The notes beneath the pieces were generated by a model. That model had not been told where the DNA came from and did not search any database. It worked only from the letters and a program-made list of their open reading frames with translations. Shown one piece after another: positions 56,398-64,000 of a stretch of 64,000 bases of DNA (position 1 is the stretch's first letter; each line of letters begins with the position of its first letter). The stretch covers positions 9,632 to 73,631 of the forward strand of contig JBHLPW010000005.1 in the NCBI GenBank assembly GCA_048939015.1, in the 5' to 3' direction. A program made the translations under genes and the position numbers. This DNA is from Promethearchaeota archaeon (lineage in GTDB: Archaea > Asgardarchaeota > Lokiarchaeia > Sigyniarchaeales > SOKP01).

Positions 56398-57921
56398 ATG
56401 TCAATAAAAGTTGGAACTGTATTTAACTACTTACAATTACCTAATGTATCAAAATTCCCTTTTGTGATTAATAAAAGACAAGATGGTATTTTTATCCAAA
56501 AAGGATTGTTTGTATACACTAAATCTAATGAAGGGTTTTTAATAGGGGTTATCGAGGAAATTGTCTTATTAAATGAATATTTTACTGACGCATTAACAAT
56601 TAAAGCTTATAATAATAATGACAATCCAAACATCATTAAAGGTCTTTTTCCAAGCAAAGATTTTGAATTTGCGATCGCCATTGTAAATTGTTTAGGATTG
56701 GTTCAGTTTAAAGATGAAAACTTAAAAGAAATTAAAAGAGTTCAACGGATGACTTATCCAGCTAGTCCTGGAGAGGGTGTTTATATTGTAGAAGATGAAA
56801 TTCTCCATAAATTTCTTGGATTTGATAATGTAGATGGTTTAAATTTAGGTTATGTAAAAGTGACTAATTCTATTGCAAAAATTAACATGAATAGATTATT
56901 AAATAAACATTTTGCAATACTTTCTATTTCAGGAGGAGGAAAAAGTTATCTCACATCAATACTAGTTGAAGAATTGTTATCTAGAAAGGAGGATTCTGGT
57001 ACACCTGCGATTATATTATTTGATGTTCACGGTGAATATGTATATTTAAAAGACATTCCTGAATTAAAAGATAAAATAAAGATCCAAGATGTCTCCTACT
57101 TTCAAATTGGCACACCTAACTTATCAGCATATGTCTTTAAGAAATATCAAGAACAAATTTCACATGTTCAAGTAAGAGAACTCTCAAAATACATGAAGAA
57201 ATTAATAAATGATAGTCAAAAAAAGATTTCGTTTACAATTCATGACATTATTGAATTGATTGAAGAAGAATCTGATGGAAATAGAAGTACAAAACAAGCA
57301 TTAGTAGGATGGTTATCAGATTTAAAAAGACTAAATCTATTTGGCCCTCAAGAAAATCCGATAATAAATAAAATAGTAGAAAGTCAGCAATTAACCATTT
57401 TTAATTTTCAGAAAGAAATCAGTATTAGAAAAAAGCAAATTATAGTAGATTATATTTGTAATAGACTATTTAATCTCAGAAGAATGAACAATATTCCTCC
57501 ATATCTATTAATAATAGAAGAAGCCCATCAATTTTGTCCTGAAGCTGCCCATGCAAAAGCAATTTCAAAACCCATCATTGAGATGATCGCTCGAGAGGGA
57601 AGAAAATTCATGGCGTGTTTATGCTTAATTAGCCAGAGACCAAAAAAATTAAGTACTACCGCGTTATCCCAATGTAATTCTAAATTAATATTAAGTCTAA
57701 AAAATCCATATGATTTAAAACATCTAATGGACAGTTCTGAAGCAATTACTAAAGAGTATGCAAATATGATTTCAAGTTTAGGTGTGGGAGAAATGATTAT
57801 AATGGGAAATGCTGTAAATTATCCTGTATTTATTGATGTTAGACAAAGAAAATTTAAATCTAAAAATGAGGAGATATCTTTAGCCCAATATTGTCTTAAC
57901 TGGCACAAAAAAGAAATATAA
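56398..57921 (+). CDS. HerA-family ATPase (DUF87/HAS-barrel)
   Basis: KHFAILSISGGGKS, FDVHGEY, IEEAHQF, AREGRKF, SQRP, SQCN. Confidence 0.92.
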   Translation: MSIKVGTVFNYLQLPNVSKFPFVINKRQDGIFIQKGLFVYTKSNEGFLIGVIEEIVLLNEYFTDALTIKAYNNNDNPNIIKGLFPSKDFEFAIAIVNCLGLVQFKDENLKEIKRVQRMTYPASPGEGVYIVEDEILHKFLGFDNVDGLNLGYVKVTNSIAKINMNRLLNKHFAILSISGGGKSYLTSILVEELLSRKEDSGTPAIILFDVHGEYVYLKDIPELKDKIKIQDVSYFQIGTPNLSAYVFKKYQEQISHVQVRELSKYMKKLINDSQKKISFTIHDIIELIEEESDGNRSTKQALVGWLSDLKRLNLFGPQENPIINKIVESQQLTIFNFQKEISIRKKQIIVDYICNRLFNLRRMNNIPPYLLIIEEAHQFCPEAAHAKAISKPIIEMIAREGRKFMACLCLISQRPKKLSTTALSQCNSKLILSLKNPYDLKHLMDSSEAITKEYANMISSLGVGEMIIMGNAVNYPVFIDVRQRKFKSKNEEISLAQYCLNWHKKEI

Positions 57922-57945
57922 TAGACAAATAATATATTCTTTGAT

Positions 57946-58215
57946 TTAAAGTTTATCGACTATTTCCTCTCTAATAGCAGTTCCTCTTTTATTCAAAACT
58001 ATCATTTTCTTATTCTTAGAGACGCGAAATACATGAATTATTGACATACTCTCTAATTTCAGAAAGATTTCTTCTAATATTAATGAATTTATAAAGGGAA
58101 ATTCCTTTTTTAGTAGTTCTTCAAGTCTTTTATCTAATATTTCTCCCTTATTTTTAATTAAAATATCTATAATTGAATTCATTACTGGTTTTTGGTTCCA
58201 ACGATGAGTTTCTAT
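57946..58215 (-). CDS. Small winged-helix protein downstream of cdc48; probable ATA start at 58215 (first ATG 58182)
   Basis: Frame extends (M)ETHRWNQKPVMNSII...; SD AGGTGG at 58222-58227; in-frame stop at 58231. Confidence 0.7.
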   Translation of the reverse strand: METHRWNQKPVMNSIIDILIKNKGEILDKRLEELLKKEFPFINSLILEEIFLKLESMSIIHVFRVSKNKKMIVLNKRGTAIREEIVDKL

Positions 58216-58293
58216 AACAATCCACCTGTTTTAAAAATAAGAAATAGAGATCTATATTAAGAAATAATTATTTTCTAATTAATTTTACGAGTT

Positions 58294-60537
58294 TTAAACA
58301 AACAATCTATCCTCTTTGGACTCCTCGATCCTTCGGCTTCTTAATTTTTCTTCAAATTTCTCGTACCATGTTAATATTTCTGTTGTTAAGGTTGGATTAA
58401 TAAATTTCCTTGCTTCCTTAAAATGGTCTAATGAAACCTTTCTTGCTCTAATATTTTCTCTTAGAGCAATCATAGCTGCCTCGCGACACCATGTTTCAAT
58501 ATCTGCTCCGGAAAAACCAATAATTAAACTATTCAAGTATTCTATATCTATATTACTAGCTAAAGGCATTTCTTTAGTAAATATCTTTAAAATTTCAAGT
58601 CTTCCTTTTTCTTCAGGAGCAGGAACAAGAAGTATTCTGTCAATTCTACCAGGTCTTATTAGTGCTGGATCTAGAATATCAGGACGATTTGTAGCAGCAA
58701 TCACTACAATATCTTTCATTACTTCTAAACCATCTAATTCGGTTAAAAATTGAGATAAAACTTTCTCTGTAACCCCAGAATCAGAAGTATGCCTACCTCG
58801 ACTTGGAGCAATTGAATCAAATTCATCAAAGAAGATGATACACGGAGATGCCATTTTGGCTTTACGAAAAACTTCTCTTATTGCTTTTTCAGATTCTCCC
58901 ACCCATTTTGATAATAGTTCAGGGCCCTTTATTGAAATAAAATTTGCTTTACTCTCAGTGGCCACTGCTCTAGCTAGTAATGTTTTTCCACAACCTGGTG
59001 GTCCATAAAGTAGAATTCCTTTTGGAGGTGTAATTCCCATACGACTAAAGATTGTAGGATGAGAGAGTGGCCATTCAACAGCTTCAATTAACTTTTGTTT
59101 CAAATCATCTAAGCCTCCAACGTTATCCCATGGAACATTCGGGACTTCTACAAACACTTCTCTTATTCCAGACGGAAGAATTTCTTTTAATGCTTCTTCA
59201 AAATCCTCCTTCGTTACTTCAATTTGTTCTAATAGTTCAGGATCAATAATTTCAGATTCTAAATCAATTTTTGGTAAGTAACGACGTAAAGCAGACATGG
59301 CAGCTTCTCGACATACTGCAGAAATATCTGCTCCTACAAAGCCATGAGTTATTTGTGAAAATTCTTTTAATGAAATATTTTTATCAAGAGGCATATTTCT
59401 AGTATGTATTTGAAATACCTCTCTCCTTCCTTTTTCATTAGGTACTTTTATCTCTATTTCACGATCAAATCTACCTGGACGCCGTAATGCTGGATCTAAA
59501 CTATTTGGTCTATTTGTCGCTCCGATAACAATAACTTTACCTCTCCCATGTAAGCCATCCATTAAAGCAAGTAACTGTGCAACAACTCTACGCTCTACTT
59601 CTCCAGTAACAGTTTCTCGTTTTGGAGCAATGGCATCAATTTCATCTATAAAAATAATTGATGGGCTTTTTTCCTCTGCTTCGATAAAAAGTTTTCGCAA
59701 TTTTTTTTCAGATTCTCCATAAAATTTGCTCATAATTTCTGGTCCATTTATAGAAATGAAGTGTGCTTCACTTTCATTAGCAACTGCTCTAGCTAATAAT
59801 GTTTTTCCACAACCTGGAGGACCTCTCAGAAGTACTCCCTTAGGTGGATCAATACCTAAGCGTTTAAATAAAGATGGATGTCTTAATGGTAACTCTACCA
59901 TCTCTCTAACACGTTGAATCTCTTTATCTAAACCTCCAACATCTTCATAAGTTATATAATGTAACCCTCTTTCGGCTTCTTCGGTAACTTTATCACTTAT
60001 ATTTAATATTGTTTCTTGCTTAATAATACAAACTCCAACTGGGCGCATACTAATAACTTTAAATGTGATCTCTCTACTGATTCCAATAGAAATAAAGATA
60101 TAGTCATCAACCGTTATTGGATAATTATTTAACTTTCTTTTTACAAAACTTTCAAATCTAGGATTATTTTTAATAGGAAAATTAGAGGGAGCTAATACCA
60201 CATTCTGAGCAATGTCAGCTTTTACTTTTCGAATTTCGACAGTGTCATCAATTCTAGTTCCAGTATTTTTCTGAAGTCTGGAATCTACGCGCACAATACC
60301 TAAACCATTATCTTGTGGATAACTTGGCCATGCAATTCCAGCACTCTCCTTCTTTCCATTAACAGATATAACATCACCAGTCTGGATCTTTAACTTTTCC
60401 ATAGTTTTTGGGTCAATTCTAATAATATTACGACCTATATCTCTCTTTTTAGCCTTTTGGACACGTAATGTTACATTAGACATTTCTTTATCGTCTTTAT
60501 CATCCTTCTCCTTATGATTATTGCCTCTTGATGACAT
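58294..60537 (-). CDS. cdc48: CDC48/VCP family AAA ATPase
   Basis: N domain + two AAA modules (GPPGCGKT x2, DEID/DEFD, RPGRFDR/RPGRIDR). Confidence 0.97.
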   Translation of the reverse strand: MSSRGNNHKEKDDKDDKEMSNVTLRVQKAKKRDIGRNIIRIDPKTMEKLKIQTGDVISVNGKKESAGIAWPSYPQDNGLGIVRVDSRLQKNTGTRIDDTVEIRKVKADIAQNVVLAPSNFPIKNNPRFESFVKRKLNNYPITVDDYIFISIGISREITFKVISMRPVGVCIIKQETILNISDKVTEEAERGLHYITYEDVGGLDKEIQRVREMVELPLRHPSLFKRLGIDPPKGVLLRGPPGCGKTLLARAVANESEAHFISINGPEIMSKFYGESEKKLRKLFIEAEEKSPSIIFIDEIDAIAPKRETVTGEVERRVVAQLLALMDGLHGRGKVIVIGATNRPNSLDPALRRPGRFDREIEIKVPNEKGRREVFQIHTRNMPLDKNISLKEFSQITHGFVGADISAVCREAAMSALRRYLPKIDLESEIIDPELLEQIEVTKEDFEEALKEILPSGIREVFVEVPNVPWDNVGGLDDLKQKLIEAVEWPLSHPTIFSRMGITPPKGILLYGPPGCGKTLLARAVATESKANFISIKGPELLSKWVGESEKAIREVFRKAKMASPCIIFFDEFDSIAPSRGRHTSDSGVTEKVLSQFLTELDGLEVMKDIVVIAATNRPDILDPALIRPGRIDRILLVPAPEEKGRLEILKIFTKEMPLASNIDIEYLNSLIIGFSGADIETWCREAAMIALRENIRARKVSLDHFKEARKFINPTLTTEILTWYEKFEEKLRSRRIEESKEDRLFV

Positions 60538-60633
60538 AATATTTCATTTTTATATACTTTTCTTGATCTATTATTAAGAATTATTAATTGAGTAAAAATT
60601 TTTGTGTTTATTTATTAAAAGAGATTTTTAATT

Positions 60634-61683
60634 TTATTTAATAAAGTCATCTAAGGAGACTTGAACTTTAGCATCATCTAATTTTCTTAATCTATCTAGT
60701 GCATTCTCGACTCTTTGTTTTGAAAAATTATGTTGCTCGATGAGTAAATCTTCCAATTTTTCGAAATCGATCTTTTTTTGCTTTGGAATCCTATAATCCT
60801 TTTTTACATCAGGTTTGAGAAAAATGGTTCTAATTTTAGCTACTAAATCAATATCTAAAAAAATCTCTTTCTTACTTATCATAACATTATTGTTCAGAAT
60901 ATTCTCAATAGTACCATATTTTTTAATTAAATCTAATGCTGTTTTCTGACCAATTCCTTTAATACCTGGAAAAAAATCTGTGCCAATCAATATTCCCATA
61001 TCAATTAGTTGCTCTCGGTTGATTCCAAGATTATTTAAAAATTTGGAAAATGAAACATATTCGATGTCTAAAGTAACAGTTGTATCTCTAACTTTCCTAC
61101 TTCTACTTACTGCGAAATTTCTTATCAATCTCTCTCCCCCAAATAATAAAGTATCATAATCTTGAGAAGCACATGCCCACGCATCTCCCTTCTCAACGAG
61201 ATAAGCAGATTGAGCTTCTCCTTCAGAACTGGCCTGAATTATTGGAATTCCCATATATTCAATTAATTTTTTACTTTCTTCTACCATCCCAGCGTCTAAT
61301 GTAGAAGTAAATTGTGCGAATTTTTTAGCCTCTTTAAAATCTTCATCATCTTGCGCTTTTATCATTTTTTCTTTTGCTTCTTCTTTAATTTTCTTCCTTT
61401 CTCTTACGGTTTCCAATTTTAATTCAGAGGAAATACCATCAAATACATAAATGGGTTTAATATTGTGCTCTATAAAATTAATTGTTCTATAAAATAGTCC
61501 AGAAAGATGTGATGTTACATTCCCCTGATAATCTTTTAAAGGAGTTCCATCTCTTTGCCGAATTATGGCTAAAAACTGGTAAATTGTATTAAAAGCATCT
61601 ATAGCTATACTCTTTTTAAATAGATTTTCAAATGTGATTGTTCTTTTAACTTCATTAACTAGTTCATTAATTTTTACGCCCAT
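60634..61683 (-). CDS. fen: Flap endonuclease 1
   Basis: MGV, AIDAFNTIYQFL, TSHLSG, EGEAQ, SQDYD, GTDF, PIP box QVSLDDF. Confidence 0.97.
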   Translation of the reverse strand: MGVKINELVNEVKRTITFENLFKKSIAIDAFNTIYQFLAIIRQRDGTPLKDYQGNVTSHLSGLFYRTINFIEHNIKPIYVFDGISSELKLETVRERKKIKEEAKEKMIKAQDDEDFKEAKKFAQFTSTLDAGMVEESKKLIEYMGIPIIQASSEGEAQSAYLVEKGDAWACASQDYDTLLFGGERLIRNFAVSRSRKVRDTTVTLDIEYVSFSKFLNNLGINREQLIDMGILIGTDFFPGIKGIGQKTALDLIKKYGTIENILNNNVMISKKEIFLDIDLVAKIRTIFLKPDVKKDYRIPKQKKIDFEKLEDLLIEQHNFSKQRVENALDRLRKLDDAKVQVSLDDFIK

Positions 61684-61754
61684 TTTTCCTAGTAATCCCT
61701 ATTTTCAATATTAATTTCTGGTACAACATATATAATTTCCACTAATATATTATA

Positions 61755-62291
61755 CTATTTTTTTGGTCGTCTTCTTAATTTTGATCCACAAGTTTCACAT
61801 ACTTGATTTAATTCTTCAGCATTATGAATTTTTTTGCATTGTGGGCAATAAATTTCCCATATTATCTTGGAATTAATCCCATCTTTATATAAAGGAGAAA
61901 ATGGAATATTTAATTCAGAACATACATTTTCAATGGAATAGTCATTAGAATATATTTTTACGTCTTTATTTGAGTTTTCCATCAATTCTAAAGCTAATGC
62001 AATTATTTCTTTATCTGCATTTGATAAAGCTTTGATATCTCCAGTTTTTCTTGAAATTTGATTTACTTTCTTAATATATTTAAATTCAGGTGACTTAATT
62101 GTTAATTTTTTAGTCTCAATTGATACATTTATTTTGTTTATTATATTTCGATTTTTTTCAGTATATCGGCTATCTTGCACTTCCTCAATTATTAAAGGAG
62201 ATGTATAGATTTCTGCTGCCAATACATTAAAATCAATTCCTGTAAGGAATATATTCGTATCAAAGATAAATAAAGATGTTTTTTCTTTCAT
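61755..62291 (-). CDS. nob1: NOB1 family endonuclease (PIN + Zn-ribbon)
   Basis: FDTN, TGD..LS.AD, NDYSIEN, CPQC...CETCG. Confidence 0.9.
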   Translation of the reverse strand: MKEKTSLFIFDTNIFLTGIDFNVLAAEIYTSPLIIEEVQDSRYTEKNRNIINKINVSIETKKLTIKSPEFKYIKKVNQISRKTGDIKALSNADKEIIALALELMENSNKDVKIYSNDYSIENVCSELNIPFSPLYKDGINSKIIWEIYCPQCKKIHNAEELNQVCETCGSKLRRRPKK

Positions 62292-62351
62292 ATCACTAAT
62301 CTATATTAATAAATAGTAAGAAATATTATTAATTCCAATTTTTTAAAGAGG

Positions 62352-63251
62352 TTATTCTTCAGGTGAATCATCAATTGGTACTCTTCTTACAGTACCAATG
62401 ATTTTCTTTCTTAAACGATTATAATAACTTCCTTTAAACCGAATAAATTTATTATAGGAATTTGCTTTACGAATTCTAATTCTAGTATTAGGCGCAATTC
62501 TCTCTATAATTTGTTGTCCATCAATTACTATTTTTGCATCTAATCTAGGCCTTAAAAGCTGAATCTCAATTTCAGAATCAATTGGTACTATTAGCGGTTT
62601 TAAACCAGATCCAGCAAAACTATTTAAAGGAGTTATTTGCATGGTTTTCATACTAGGATGAATTATTGCTCCCCCAGCACTGAGATTATAGGCTGTAGAG
62701 CCTGTAGGAGTTGATATGATGATCCCATCTAAATAACTTCGATTCAGAAAAACACCATCAATCCTTATAGATACTTGTAGTACTTTCGAACTTTTAGAGG
62801 AGATTATTAAAACTTCATTTAAAGCATTGCTCAACCTTATTTCACCATTATTTTTTACAATATATGCAGTTATTTTCGAACATTCTTCTAATATGTATTC
62901 GTTATTTAAGACCTTAGATAAATCATTGAAAATAATTCTTCCATTAGATTCATCCAGAAAACCTATGGAACCGACATTTACCCCCAAAATAGGAGGTGGA
63001 TTCTTCTGAGATAATCCATTAGCAACTCTTAATATCGAACCATCTCCACCTACAATTAAAATGAACTTAATATTTTCTTCATTCATTTCACTAAGATCCA
63101 TTGCATTATGTGGGAATATCTTTGGTGCAATTCTAGTCTCTAAGTAAACCACTTCACCTTTTTGTACCAAAAACTCAAATAATCTCCTTGTTAATCTAAT
63201 TGCTCGTTCTGAATCCAACCTACAAGCTAAAGCAATTGGTTTTTTTTCCAT
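62352..63251 (-). CDS. NAD kinase
   Basis: GGDGSIL, GSIGFL, ALNE, DGIIISTPTGSTAYNLSAGG, DGQ. Confidence 0.95.
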   Translation of the reverse strand: MEKKPIALACRLDSERAIRLTRRLFEFLVQKGEVVYLETRIAPKIFPHNAMDLSEMNEENIKFILIVGGDGSILRVANGLSQKNPPPILGVNVGSIGFLDESNGRIIFNDLSKVLNNEYILEECSKITAYIVKNNGEIRLSNALNEVLIISSKSSKVLQVSIRIDGVFLNRSYLDGIIISTPTGSTAYNLSAGGAIIHPSMKTMQITPLNSFAGSGLKPLIVPIDSEIEIQLLRPRLDAKIVIDGQQIIERIAPNTRIRIRKANSYNKFIRFKGSYYNRLRKKIIGTVRRVPIDDSPEE

Positions 63252-63313
63252 AACCTTCGAAATTTCTATTCAAATGTTCCAAAAAATAATGGATAATTAT
63301 GGATATTGGAAAT

Positions 63314-63742
63314 TTAGCTAGTGAATACTCTATTTATAAGTGTTCTACCTGCCAATTGCCAATATTCTACTTGAGTAGCTGAAATTTTGCTAGGATCCGC
63401 TTGGATCTCCTTTAGTTTATTTTTTAAGTTTTCATCTAGGGGCCAATCTACATCAAATGATTCATACGATTCTAAATTCATAATGTTTATTGATGTATCC
63501 TCTATGAAGTTTATTTGAGCATTCCCTTTAATGATCTCTGGAATGTCAACCATATGACCGCTTGGTATTGTGAGTGAACGTTTATTATTATCAAACATTC
63601 CAACACACACAACTCTAACTTTAGCATGACCATGTTTTCCGCTTTTAGATCGTTCAGTACTTTTAATTATACATGGTTCTTCATCCACCATTATGTATTG
63701 CCCAGTCTTTAATTTCTGAATCTCTGTTCTTCTAATAGACAA
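63314..63742 (-). CDS. eif5a: Translation elongation factor aIF-5A (TTG start)
   Basis: SKSGKHGHAK hypusine motif. Confidence 0.96.
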   Translation of the reverse strand: MSIRRTEIQKLKTGQYIMVDEEPCIIKSTERSKSGKHGHAKVRVVCVGMFDNNKRSLTIPSGHMVDIPEIIKGNAQINFIEDTSINIMNLESYESFDVDWPLDENLKNKLKEIQADPSKISATQVEYWQLAGRTLINRVFTS

Positions 63743-63895
63743 TTACTTTTACACCTTTCTTTAGTTATTTTTATCCAAAATATTTTTAATTTTGACATTT
63801 CTTTTAATTTATAATATAATATATTTTTTCAAAAAAAAATATTAGTTTTTAAGTACTTATTCAAGTACATTAATAAAATTCAAAATTGGGATATA

Positions 63896-64000
63896 ATGGT
63901 TTTAGAGAAATTAGGAAGATCATTAGATACTGCTATTAGAAGGATAAGACGTCTTCCATCAGTAGATAAAGATGCAATAAATGCCCTTATTCAAGAATTA
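63896..64000 (+). CDS. srp54: Signal recognition particle protein SRP54, N-terminal fragment (runs off window)
   Basis: MVLEKLGRSLDTAIRRIRRLPSVDKDAINALIQEL matches the SRP54 N-domain start. Confidence 0.8.
   Translation, partial: MVLEKLGRSLDTAIRRIRRLPSVDKDAINALIQEL

Noticed and set aside
2031-63009. Numerous 60-155-aa ORFs antisense to or nested in long genes (e.g. 17387-17854, 58316-58753, 32296-32637)
   Set aside because: Shadow ORFs of well-supported genes with biased Ser/Ile/Phe composition.
1-64000. CRISPR arrays, rRNA genes, IS transposases
   Set aside because: No regularly spaced repeats, rRNA-like GC-rich segments or transposase ORFs were seen.

Overview
AT-rich archaeal chromosome segment, most likely from an Asgard archaeon of the Lokiarchaeia (inferred from a profilin-like gene, archaeal informational genes and the gene order). 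About 1-8.1 kb is the right end of an integrated mobile or defence element. It carries a tyrosine integrase with a C-terminal Zn-ribbon, an ABC-ATPase-Schlafen fusion, HEPN/DUF4145 genes, an RHH + membrane protein + PD-(D/E)xK operon and a ~700-nt hairpin-rich non-coding region. The rest is mostly core genome: pyrD/pyrK, elp3, gatE/gatD, rpl2, tfb, four tRNAs (two with introns, one in the T-loop), the proteasome/exosome superoperon, an ECF transporter, t6A genes, a 2-oxoacid:ferredoxin oxidoreductase operon, PPi-PFK, HerA, cdc48, fen1, nob1, NAD kinase, aIF5A and the start of srp54. Lineage-specific genes are interspersed: two tandem RHH-regulator pairs, an orphan glycyl-radical enzyme, a free-standing LAGLIDADG endonuclease, an atypical JAB protein, an AbiEii-like nucleotidyltransferase and duplicated MFS transporters. 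Highlights are five genes that appear to start at ATT/ATA/ATC, RHH-DHp-receiver regulators lacking a kinase domain and set divergently from tfb, the ATPase-Schlafen fusion, and the structured non-coding region. All calls come from reading motifs by eye; no database search was run.
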